A program made the translations under genes and the position numbers. A stretch of DNA of 42,119 nucleotides from a virus (taxonomy: Duplodnaviria > Caudoviricetes): positions 1 to 42,119 of the IMG/VR virus record IMGVR_UViG_3300025018_000046; one strand, 5' to 3'. Below are positions 27,203 to 34,927 of the stretch, piece by piece. Every line of letters starts with the position of its first letter. The stretch's first letter is position 1. Below the pieces are notes generated by a model. It had not been told where the DNA came from, made no database searches, and was given only the letters and a program-made list of their open reading frames with translations.

Positions 27203-27464
27203 ACGCATGATGAAGCCCGCTCACACCAATACGCAAGCGGGCTTCTTCTTTGGGCTCTCTGGCGCGGCGGGCTAGCCCGCATGCTGCCCATGCGTGAGAA
27301 GCCTCGGGGTGTTCAAGCACGCCGCCCCACGTGCGCACGTCGGTGAGCGCGCTCTTGAAGCACCCTTCATCATCCCCCTTGAAGCGCTTCTTGAGCGCGC
27401 TCGGGCCGCCGCGAATAGGTGCCATCGGCCGCCAATCAAGGCGCTTGAACTTCTTCAACGGCAC
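27203..27464 (-). pseudogene. fragment of a phage methylase-like (HPPC-family) gene, in frame with terL
   Basis: GGPSA...GDDEGCFKSAL.DVRTWGGVLEHPEASHAW...GL, recognised from memory as the core of a phage family that normally has an upstream VAHPPC motif, which is absent here. Confidence 0.45.
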
Positions 27465-27664
27465 TCGGAACCCCCAAAGATGTAGATGCCGAACTCTTCA
27501 TCAAGAAAAGTCCCCCACTCAAGACCCTCGGACCATGCGCGCGCAATCGCTTCTTCAACCTCTTCGGTGGTGAGCATCTCATCGTTGATGAGGTCGGTGA
27601 GTGCGTTCTCAACGTGGCTCTTGTCGGCGCCGGTGATGAACGGCGGCAGGTTGAAGCCGTTCAT
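27455..27664 (-). CDS. small acidic hypothetical protein
   Basis: ATGA-coupled to the upstream gene. Confidence 0.7.
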   Translation of the reverse strand: MNGFNLPPFITGADKSHVENALTDLINDEMLTTEEVEEAIARAWSEGLEWGTFLDEEFGIYIFGGSECR

Positions 27665-27915
27665 TGACCAACCGCCTTGCGGTTTGAAATCGCCGCGTGA
27701 AGGCGCGCGCCGTAAAGTTCAAAGTCAACATCACCGGGGCCCCAATCGGTGCCGGGTGAGAAGTGCCCGAGCGTGAAGCCGAACGGTTCACCGTCGGCCT
27801 TGATGAGCACGCTCACTTCGGGCACGGCCGCTTCAAGAGCGTCTGAGAACTCTTGCTCAAGGTGAGCCCAAGCTTTGGGCAGGTGAAGAGCGAGACGAAG
27901 GCGCACGATGCTCAT
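27661..27915 (-). CDS. small hypothetical protein
   Basis: ATGA-coupled. Confidence 0.7.
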   Translation of the reverse strand: MSIVRLRLALHLPKAWAHLEQEFSDALEAAVPEVSVLIKADGEPFGFTLGHFSPGTDWGPGDVDFELYGARLHAAISNRKAVGQ

Positions 27916-28079
27916 TGGCCGACCTCTTCAAGAAGCATCACCATTTCGGTGATGGCGTTGTTGAAGGCTGCGATGGCAACCGCCTTGGTCTCACACTTGC
28001 GCGGCAGGTGCCGAAGGTGCTTGGTGAGTTGCTCTTCAAAGGCTTGCCGTGCGTCGGCAACGATTTGCTTGGTGTCCAT
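27912..28079 (-). CDS. small hypothetical protein (55 aa, not in the ORF track)
   Basis: MDTKQIVADARQAFEEQLTKHLRHLPRKCETKAVAIAAFNNAITEMVMLLEEVGQ*; purine-rich RBS; first gene after the promoter. Confidence 0.72.
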   Translation of the reverse strand: MDTKQIVADARQAFEEQLTKHLRHLPRKCETKAVAIAAFNNAITEMVMLLEEVGQ

Positions 28080-28125
28080 GGTCTATCTCTCTTTCGTCGG
28101 GGCCCGTCTCGGACCCCGCAACAAA

Positions 28126-28155
28126 GTGATAGCACGCTATCGGTTTGAAATGCAA
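28126..28155 (-). promoter_or_regulatory. promoter P1 with palindromic operator
   Basis: TTGCAT-N18-TATCAC on the minus strand; GATAGC-N2-GCTATC at 28128-28141. Confidence 0.75.
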
Positions 28156-28162
28156 ACAAAAG

Positions 28163-28190
28163 AAAAGCCCGGGCCAAGACCCGGGCTTTT
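28163..28190 (-). terminator. intrinsic (possibly bidirectional) terminator after terS
   Basis: aaaagcccggg-ccaaga-cccgggctttt. Confidence 0.85.
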
Positions 28191-28230
28191 CAAAGTTCCC
28201 CGACCAAAGGGAACGACTACCATCCACACC

Positions 28231-28815
28231 TCAAGAGTCTTGCGCTTTGGCCTTTGAAGTCAAGCTCTTGAGGGTCTTCAACTCGGCCAAGCTCAACTTC
28301 TTGAGGTCAAGTTTGCCTTCAATGTGTTCGGTGCTCTCGCCTCGTGAGAGCCGCTCAAGCTTGACCCCCTCAACCAAGGCCTTGGTCACCTCGCTTGATT
28401 TGAAGTCCGGCATGCGGCCGGCCTTCTCGGCTTGGGTCACCATCTTCTCAAGCTCAAGGGTGGCGAGCGTTTGCAATCTCATCGCAAGCTTCACGTGCCG
28501 CTTCTTCATTTGGCGCAACGTGCGTTCGGTGGTGTCTAGCGCTGCCCGGTCAAGGTAGCGGTCATAAGCGTGGGCCCGCGCTTTCCACTCCCATTGACGG
28601 GCCCACTTGGTGAGCGTCTTTGAGCTTGGTGTTCCGGGCTCTTTCGCAAGCTTGCTCATCATGCGCTTGCCGGGGGTGGCGCCGAGCACCGTGCCCATCT
28701 CCCGGTATTTGACGAAAGCCAACCAATGGGCATCGGGCTCACTTGCGCGGCGCTCCCACGGGCGCGGCATCGTGCTCACGTTGTTTGTCTTCTTGGGCTT
28801 CGGGTGGGCGGTCAT
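28231..28815 (-). CDS. terS: terminase small subunit
   Basis: PWERRASEPDAHWLAFVKY...LTKWARQWEWKARAHAYD followed by helical oligomerisation region; upstream of terL. Confidence 0.8.
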   Translation of the reverse strand: MTAHPKPKKTNNVSTMPRPWERRASEPDAHWLAFVKYREMGTVLGATPGKRMMSKLAKEPGTPSSKTLTKWARQWEWKARAHAYDRYLDRAALDTTERTLRQMKKRHVKLAMRLQTLATLELEKMVTQAEKAGRMPDFKSSEVTKALVEGVKLERLSRGESTEHIEGKLDLKKLSLAELKTLKSLTSKAKAQDS

Positions 28816-28818
28816 CGG

Positions 28819-28863
28819 TCAAGCTTGGCCGGCGATGAATTTGCCGTCAACCACCGTGGCCAT
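28819..28863 (-). CDS. micro-ORF 2 (MATVVDGKFIAGQA)
   Basis: GAGGGG RBS + ATG; stops 3 nt before the terS ATG. Confidence 0.4.
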   Translation of the reverse strand: MATVVDGKFIAGQA

Positions 28864-28937
28864 ACGTGACCCCTCACTTGAGTCGCCGGAGCTCACGCCG
28901 GCACCCCTCAAAAGTGGCCATATGTGACCCCTCACTT
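28856..28937. repeat. 24-bp direct repeat x2 (gtggccataYgtgacccctcactt)
   Basis: Copies at 28856-28879 and 28914-28937, one mismatch. Confidence 0.9.
28874..28921 (-). CDS. micro-ORF 1 (MATFEGCRRELRRLK)
   Basis: Same RBS/start unit; its TGA overlaps the RBS of micro-ORF 2. Confidence 0.35.
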   Translation of the reverse strand: MATFEGCRRELRRLK

Positions 28938-29072
28938 TTGGCCCCGGCCGAGCCCCTCACCGTGCATTTTCCGGCGCGCTCGGCGGGCCCGATTTGCCAC
29001 CGATTCGGCCGGTTGCCCGGAACACCCCCAAAACCACCTCAACGCTTCGGAACTCTTCACGAAAAGCCGAAA

Positions 29073-29457
29073 CACTGAACAAACGAACTCAACACGCAAC
29101 GGCAACGGGGAAAAAACTCCGCGCCGGCGGCGGGAGTTGTTTTTCAACACAAACAACTATTGATGACTGGTCGAACTCTTTTTCTAGCCGTTGAAGTGTT
29201 GAAGTAGGCTCAAATATTTGAAATCATTCACGAAATGAGCCGCAACGGCACTTCAACGGCACTTCAACGGCAAATCGGAGCCGTTGAAGTTGCTCACGAA
29301 ATCATTGCCTTTTTCGGTTTCACCTTTTCGGGCTCATTCTCGGCCCCAAAAAGTGCCAAGCTCCCCACCGAAGCCGAGAGGTGCTTTTCAGGGTCCAAAA
29401 AAGCACTCTTCACCGCTCCACTGTATTTTTGCACCACTGAACAAACGAACTCAACAC
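29073..29457. repeat. putative origin/packaging region with 23-bp direct repeats and CCGTTGAAGT iteron-like repeats
   Basis: cactgaacaaacgaactcaacac at 29073-29095 and 29435-29457; CCGTTGAAGT forward at 29188 and 29281 and inverted in tandem at 29249-29270; AT-rich palindrome tcaaatatttga at 29210-29221. Confidence 0.7.
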
Positions 29458-29541
29458 CGCCGAGCGCGTTCGGCCGTTGCACTCTCTCGCGCCACCTGGT
29501 ACTCAACAAATCCCCGACCAAAGTGAAAGCCCACTATCACC

Positions 29542-31920
29542 ATGAGAATCTCTGTCTTTGAGCGCATCACCGACTCAACACCCATCCGCCGTGAGATGTC
29601 TTGGCCCGAGTTCGCGCGCGAGCTTGGAACCCACGATTTCAGCTTTGCGGACAAGAACGATGTGCCGGCCTTTTCGCCGGCCGAATACCCCGAAGGCGCC
29701 TTGCGCTCAAAGACCGCGGTGCAACGCGTTCACTTCGGGGTGCTCGACTTAGACAAGCTCACCGACGCCCAACTTGAGGGGCTCACGCCGCACCTCAAAG
29801 GCATTGAACACATCTTCTATACCACTTGGAGCCACGCCAAGCGCGCGCCGCTTTGGTGCGGCCGCTTGCTCGTGCCGTTCTCCCGGCCGGTGCTTCAAAG
29901 TGAGTGGGGGGTGTTCTGGCCACGCTTCAACCATCGCTTCGGCGGCATTGCCGACATCCAATGCAAAGACCAAAGCCGCCTTTACTTCATCCCGGCGGCG
30001 CCCGAGGGGACTGAAGACAGCGCGTTCTTGATTCACGAGCCCGGTGAGCCCGTGGACGTTGACGCCATCTTGGCCGCGCCCGTCCCGGCGCGTGAGCAAC
30101 TAGCAACGCAAGCCGAGATGGTGGGGCGCGAAGAGATTGAGGCTCTTGCACAACGCTTGAGGCGGCGCGCGTCACCAAACTCAAAGCGCCTCGGCAACCG
30201 CTTGAGCCACGTGCTCGCGGGGGATGTGTTCGCCGAAGACGGTGAGCGAGACACCATCATCTTTCAACTCACCGGGGTCTTGGTGGAAGCGTACCCCCAC
30301 GGGGATGCCGGCGCGCTTGCTCAACTCTTCGCGGCGTCAATCGAGAAGATGAGTGCCAACTCATACACCTGCCCGACGGTTGAAGAGGTTGAGGCGAAGA
30401 TTCGGCGGCACCAAGAGCAACTTCTTGAAGAGCGCGCCGAGCTTGAGCAAGAGGTGCTCAAAGAGAAGGCCCGAGCCATCCGCCAAGCTTTCGCCAATGG
30501 CCGAGAACACCCCTACACCGAAGAAGAACTCAACCGCTTTGCCGAAGAGAGCGGCACAACGCGTGACGCGTTCATCAAGCGTTGGGTGATTCAAAAAGGC
30601 AAAAGCTTCTACCTCTTTTTTGATGGCACCTACCTGCCGCCCTATACAGATTCGGACGTAATAGCGGGCGCTCTTCGTGACCTTGCGCCGGCATCAAGTG
30701 ACAACGTGGGCTTGTGGAAAATCGACTCACGCAACCAGCTCACCACGAAGAGCCCCGGTGAGTTGGTGAGAGACTACGGCACCGTTGCAACCGCGGTGGT
30801 TGCCGACCTCACCGCAAAGCAAGCTTCATTTGATGACCGAACGCGCACGCTCTTTGAAGCGCCGTGCCCGTTGCGTGACCTTGAGCCCGAGTTTGATGCC
30901 GATGTGGATGAGTGGCTCAAGTGGTTCTCGGGCCACCACTATGAAACGCTTTGCGATTGGCTCGCGGTGTTGACCAAACTTGATGAGCCGTGCGCGGCAC
31001 TCTACTTGGACGGCTCACCGGGTGCCGGCAAAACGTTGCTTGCCGATGGGCTCGCGCGGCTTTGGTCCGAAGACAAACCTACCGACCTTGAGCAAGCCAT
31101 GGCGAGCTTCAACGATGCGCTCACCAAGTGCCCGCTCGTGCTGGCCGATGAGACCATCCCACGTGATGCACGCGGCCGCGTGCGCACCGCCGAGCTTCGC
31201 CAGTTCATCCAAGCGCGCAACCGACCTCTTAGGCGCAAGTACCAACCCGACGCGGTGTTGAGGGGCTCAATCCGCCTCATCATCACGGCCAATAACAAAG
31301 AGCTTCTTGTCTCAAACGAGAGCCTCACGAGCAATGACATTCAAGCAATCGTTGACCGGCTCATCTACATCTACTGCCCGCCGAACTCGGCCCGCTTTCT
31401 TCAGTCGCTCGGCATGGACACCATGAGAAGCTTTGTGGCCGAAGACAAGATTGCGAAACACGCGCTTTGGTTGCGTGACAACCGAGAAGTCAAACGCGGG
31501 CACCGCTTCTTGGTGGAAGGGGCCGACTCTTCACTACACCGAACGCTCACCACCTCAAGCGGCATGCGCTCGGCGGTGTGCAACTGGTTGGTTGCGTATT
31601 TGCTCAACCCTCAACCGGCGGACACCACCGCGGGCATGCTCGTGAGGGTGCACGGCAACAAGGTCTTGGTCACCGCTCGCGCCATCTCTCAATGGTGGGC
31701 GCTGTACCCCACCAATGAGCCGGCGCCGCCCACGGGGCGCGTGAGCATGGCTCTCTCGGGCTTGAGCAATGACAAGAAGCAACTCACAGCGGCCGACGGG
31801 CGCCGCACCAACTATTGGGTCGTTGATGAGCACAACCTCATCGAGTGGGCCGAGCGCAACGGATACGCAACCGAAGAGTCTTTGCTTGAAGCTCTTCAGA
31901 AAGAAGACCGGACACTATGA
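29542..31920 (+). CDS. primase-helicase (AEP-type primase, PriCT-like region, SF3/VirE-like NTPase)
   Basis: GVLDLD, YTTWSH, DQSRLYFIP, GERDTIIF, GSPGAGKT, VLADE, IITAN. Confidence 0.88.
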   Translation: MRISVFERITDSTPIRREMSWPEFARELGTHDFSFADKNDVPAFSPAEYPEGALRSKTAVQRVHFGVLDLDKLTDAQLEGLTPHLKGIEHIFYTTWSHAKRAPLWCGRLLVPFSRPVLQSEWGVFWPRFNHRFGGIADIQCKDQSRLYFIPAAPEGTEDSAFLIHEPGEPVDVDAILAAPVPAREQLATQAEMVGREEIEALAQRLRRRASPNSKRLGNRLSHVLAGDVFAEDGERDTIIFQLTGVLVEAYPHGDAGALAQLFAASIEKMSANSYTCPTVEEVEAKIRRHQEQLLEERAELEQEVLKEKARAIRQAFANGREHPYTEEELNRFAEESGTTRDAFIKRWVIQKGKSFYLFFDGTYLPPYTDSDVIAGALRDLAPASSDNVGLWKIDSRNQLTTKSPGELVRDYGTVATAVVADLTAKQASFDDRTRTLFEAPCPLRDLEPEFDADVDEWLKWFSGHHYETLCDWLAVLTKLDEPCAALYLDGSPGAGKTLLADGLARLWSEDKPTDLEQAMASFNDALTKCPLVLADETIPRDARGRVRTAELRQFIQARNRPLRRKYQPDAVLRGSIRLIITANNKELLVSNESLTSNDIQAIVDRLIYIYCPPNSARFLQSLGMDTMRSFVAEDKIAKHALWLRDNREVKRGHRFLVEGADSSLHRTLTTSSGMRSAVCNWLVAYLLNPQPADTTAGMLVRVHGNKVLVTARAISQWWALYPTNEPAPPTGRVSMALSGLSNDKKQLTAADGRRTNYWVVDEHNLIEWAERNGYATEESLLEALQKEDRTL

Positions 31921-32180
31921 CCCAAACAAAGCTTCACCTTTGCGGGAGGTGCCAAGGCATCTCTCACTTTCATCACGAGACGCCCGATGCTCTTCTTGAG
32001 TGCCAAGTTTGCGACCGTGACCCACGCGAGCCCAAGAGCGACCGAAAGCCCTACGTGGGCCGCCCACTTCGCTCTTGCCCGACCGAGCACCTTGAGAAGC
32101 TCGCGCGGTACTCAAAGACGGTGAGCAAGGCCGCACGCGTTGAACTCTTGAAGCGCAACGCCACGAAGGTGAAGCCGTGA
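31917..32180 (+). CDS. small Zn-ribbon protein
   Basis: CGRC...CQVC; ATGA-coupled. Confidence 0.7.
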   Translation: MTQTKLHLCGRCQGISHFHHETPDALLECQVCDRDPREPKSDRKPYVGRPLRSCPTEHLEKLARYSKTVSKAARVELLKRNATKVKP

Positions 32181-32464
32181 CGCCGCGCGAGAAGTGGCAA
32201 CAAGCCATGCGCGAATATCGGGAGGCCAAGAAGGCCATGGCCCGAGCCAACCGCAAGCACGCACAAGCGCGCGAAGAGTACATTGCAGCGCGTGACGCGT
32301 TGCGAAGCACGCCGGAGCTCACGCGAGCCTCAAGCGGTATTCAGCACGCGTTTGACAAGCTCACCCAACTTGAGAGGGAACAACTAGCCGCTCAAACCTT
32401 CGTGCGCGAGCCGCCGCGCACCTTCCCCATTGCGACCGAGAAGAAGAGAGGCGAGAGCGAATGA
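32177..32464 (+). CDS. hypothetical coiled-coil protein
   Basis: GTGA-coupled ORF. Confidence 0.7.
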   Translation: MTPREKWQQAMREYREAKKAMARANRKHAQAREEYIAARDALRSTPELTRASSGIQHAFDKLTQLEREQLAAQTFVREPPRTFPIATEKKRGESE

Positions 32465-32619
32465 GCCCCAAGAAACCACCCGAGCAACCATCCACACCTC
32501 AACCGGGCTACGGCCCCGACGGCGGCCCCAAGCCTTACCCCGAAGAAGAGCCGCGCAACCGTCACGAGCGGCGCAAGCTCGAGAAGATGAAGAGAGACCA
32601 AGAGAGGCAAGAACGATGA
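32461..32619 (+). CDS. small hypothetical protein (52 aa, NRHERR motif; not in the ORF track)
   Basis: MSPKKPPEQPSTPQPGYG...RNRHERRKLEK...; ATGA overlaps at both ends. Confidence 0.65.
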   Translation: MSPKKPPEQPSTPQPGYGPDGGPKPYPEEEPRNRHERRKLEKMKRDQERQER

Positions 32620-32792
32620 AACGAAGAGACGACTTGAGCGAAGACTTGAAGCGCATGAAGCAACGCGAGAGAGACCCCGACGCGCCGGCGTTCTATCTCG
32701 CGGCCGGGCTTCTCTTGACCTTCTTCTTGCTCATCGCGGTGCCGCTCGCGGTGCGCGATTGCGAGACCGTTCTTGCTTGGTGGGCATCGTGA
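32616..32792 (+). CDS. small single-TM membrane protein
   Basis: MKRRDDLSED...FYLAAGLLLTFFLLIAVPLAV. Confidence 0.65.
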   Translation: MKRRDDLSEDLKRMKQRERDPDAPAFYLAAGLLLTFFLLIAVPLAVRDCETVLAWWAS

Positions 32793-32935
32793 CCAGGCAA
32801 GAGAAGCAAAGGCGTGATGATGTCCGGCTTGCCGAGATGCTCGCGGGCGCCTTCATCGTGTTCTTGCTCGTGCTCACGCTGGCCTTGATTGTCTTCTTAG
32901 GCTTCAACCCGTTGGGCATCCAAGCGTGGATGTGA
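32789..32935 (+). CDS. small single-TM membrane protein (48 aa; not in the ORF track)
   Basis: MTRQEKQRRDDVRLAEMLAGAFIVFLLVLTLALIVFLGFNPLGIQAWM*; GTGA-coupled. Confidence 0.62.
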   Translation: MTRQEKQRRDDVRLAEMLAGAFIVFLLVLTLALIVFLGFNPLGIQAWM

Positions 32936-32943
32936 GAAAGTGG

Positions 32944-32973
32944 TTGCACCCCAAAGCGCAAGCCTGCTATCAC
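32944..32973 (+). promoter_or_regulatory. promoter P2 (operator half-site only)
   Basis: TTGCAC-N18-TATCAC, with TGC before the -10 as in P1, P3 and P4. Confidence 0.7.
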
Positions 32974-33028
32974 TCGGGGGCCCCACCCGTGGGGCGTTTA
33001 GAAGAAGCCTTCGGGCTCAAGTTAGTAG

Positions 33029-34480
33029 ATGATGCAAGACCACTTTGAAACCCCCGACGGGGAGACCTTGAGCGCGTCTCAACTTGAGACCTTTGAGTTA
33101 TGTCAACGCAAGTGGGCTTGGCGCAAAATCGACGGCATCAAGAGTGACCCTCACCCGAGCGCCGAACTCGGGACCAAGATTCACGAGATGCTTGAGCAAT
33201 GGATGAGGCACGGGGTGGCGCCCGACCTTGACCTTGAGGTTGAGATTGGCGGCAAGACGGTGAAGCCCGGTCCGATGGCCGCCGTGCTTCTCAAACACAT
33301 CCCCGCACCGGGCACGCCCGGCGTGGTGATTGAAGCCGAAGTTTTCGTGCGCACCGCCGTGACGCGGCTCATGGGATACAAAGACCTAGGATACATCGAC
33401 GCGGCAACCGGCTTGCACGTGGTGAACGATTACAAGAGCACCTCAAACTTCAAGTGGGCCAAGACGCCCGAAGACTTGAAGACCGACATTCAAGCCAACA
33501 TCTACGCGGCGGCCGAGATGGCCGAGCACGGCGTTGATGAAGTGCTCTTGCGTTGGGCGTACACCCGCACGCGCGGCAAGGCTGCAAGCAAGCTTGTTGA
33601 GCTACGCATCACGCGCGCCGAAGTTGAGAAGAACTTTGACCGAATCGATGAGACGGCGGCCCAAGTGCTTGCCGCATACAAGAGCGGCAAGACCGCCATT
33701 GAGTTTGAAGCAAGCCCGGCGGCGTGTGACGCCTTCGGCGGTTGCTTCTACGTTGAACACTGCAACCTCACACCCATTCAAAGATTGAAGGCAAAGATGG
33801 CAAAACAAGGGCTCGCGGCCAAGATGGCCGAACGCAAAGCAAAGCTTGAAGCCGAGGCGAAAGCCGGCGGCACCACCGAAGCAACCGAAGCCCCCACGGG
33901 CACCGGGAGCATCAATCCCGAAGGCGAAGCCCCGGCGGCGCTGAAAGAGAAGAAGACCGAGGCGCCGGCAGGCACCGACGCCAAAGCCGAGAAGGCGGCC
34001 GCGGCCGCCGAGCGCAAGGCAAAGCGAGAGGCGGCCAAGGCGTCCAAGGCGGCCGAAGCTACTGCAAGCACCCCCGAGCCCACCACGGCGCCCGCTACAG
34101 CCCCCGCCCGTGCCGCCGCCCCGGTCATCCCGCCCGGCTCGGCAATCGCAGGAGCGGCCACGGGGGGCGCCTCGGTTGTGCCTTTCGGGCCCGGCTTCAC
34201 GCTCTTCGTTGATTGCGTCCCGAGCAACGGCATTGTTTTGAGCGCCTCCCATCTCTCGGGCCCGGCTCAAGGGGTCGTTTGCAAAGAGTTCGGCGTCCCG
34301 CACTACCGGCTTGCCGAGTTCGCCAAAGGCCCGGCCGCGCTTGAGACCGCGGTGAGGTCTCACTTCAAGAGCAACCCGTTGAGCGGCGTGGGCGTCACAC
34401 TGGACACCCGCACCGAACTCGGCCGAGACCTTCTCACCGTGCTCACCGATTTGGCGTCAACCGTCGTGCGGGCGTTCTGA
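33029..34480 (+). CDS. PD-(D/E)XK (Cas4/RecB-like) exonuclease with long C-terminal extension
   Basis: LSASQL...CQRKW, GTKIHE, KDL...DYKS, QANIY, C-x5-C-x5-C. Confidence 0.85.
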   Translation: MMQDHFETPDGETLSASQLETFELCQRKWAWRKIDGIKSDPHPSAELGTKIHEMLEQWMRHGVAPDLDLEVEIGGKTVKPGPMAAVLLKHIPAPGTPGVVIEAEVFVRTAVTRLMGYKDLGYIDAATGLHVVNDYKSTSNFKWAKTPEDLKTDIQANIYAAAEMAEHGVDEVLLRWAYTRTRGKAASKLVELRITRAEVEKNFDRIDETAAQVLAAYKSGKTAIEFEASPAACDAFGGCFYVEHCNLTPIQRLKAKMAKQGLAAKMAERKAKLEAEAKAGGTTEATEAPTGTGSINPEGEAPAALKEKKTEAPAGTDAKAEKAAAAAERKAKREAAKASKAAEATASTPEPTTAPATAPARAAAPVIPPGSAIAGAATGGASVVPFGPGFTLFVDCVPSNGIVLSASHLSGPAQGVVCKEFGVPHYRLAEFAKGPAALETAVRSHFKSNPLSGVGVTLDTRTELGRDLLTVLTDLASTVVRAF

Positions 34481-34481
34481 A

Positions 34482-34715
34482 ATGGTTCTCCCGACCAAAC
34501 CCGGCGCACCCACCATCAAGCCACAAGAGAACCCGGGGCCGAATGAGGCGGTGCTTGAAGTGCGCCTCTTCATCGGTGACGGCAAAACCCGAATCGTGAC
34601 CGCCCACTTTCAAAACCTGCCGGTGAGTCACAAGCGCCGCGGTGAGCACTTCCGGCGGCAGGCTGGCGCGGTGGTGAACGCTCTCGTGATTGAGTACCTG
34701 AAAGAGTTCTCGTGA
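34482..34715 (+). CDS. hypothetical protein
   Basis: Tightly coupled ORF. Confidence 0.65.
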   Translation: MVLPTKPGAPTIKPQENPGPNEAVLEVRLFIGDGKTRIVTAHFQNLPVSHKRRGEHFRRQAGAVVNALVIEYLKEFS

Positions 34716-34927
34716 GCGGGCGGCGGTACTATGTAATCGGCCGTGATGCCGATGGCGGCTTTGAGTGGATTTCACCTTCGCTCTCTTGGGCGGTGGCTTA
34801 CACCACCACGCCGCTTCTCAAGAGCGCCAAGACGTTTCGTAACATCGAGGCGGCTGTCACCTTTCGTGACACATTTCTCACCAAAGATTGGCACGTCTTG
34901 AACGTGCGGATTGAAGAGACCGCGTGA
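34712..34927 (+). CDS. hypothetical protein
   Basis: GTGA-coupled at both ends. Confidence 0.65.
   Translation: MSGRRYYVIGRDADGGFEWISPSLSWAVAYTTTPLLKSAKTFRNIEAAVTFRDTFLTKDWHVLNVRIEETA

Noticed and set aside
1000-28000. Numerous plus-strand ORFs opposite the structural genes (and minus-strand ORFs opposite replication genes)
   Set aside because: Shadow ORFs expected at high GC; no RBS, coupling or recognisable motifs.
29073-29457. Repeats as a CRISPR array
   Set aside because: Only two 23-bp copies 362 bp apart, no regular spacers, no cas operon.
29535-29540. TATCAC before the primase ATG as a fifth promoter
   Set aside because: No TTG -35 at 18 bp, no operator, and only 1 nt before the ATG.
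33029-33790. Cas4-like nuclease as part of a CRISPR-Cas system
   Set aside because: Solo PD-(D/E)XK nucleases are common in phage replication modules; no cas1/cas2 or array.
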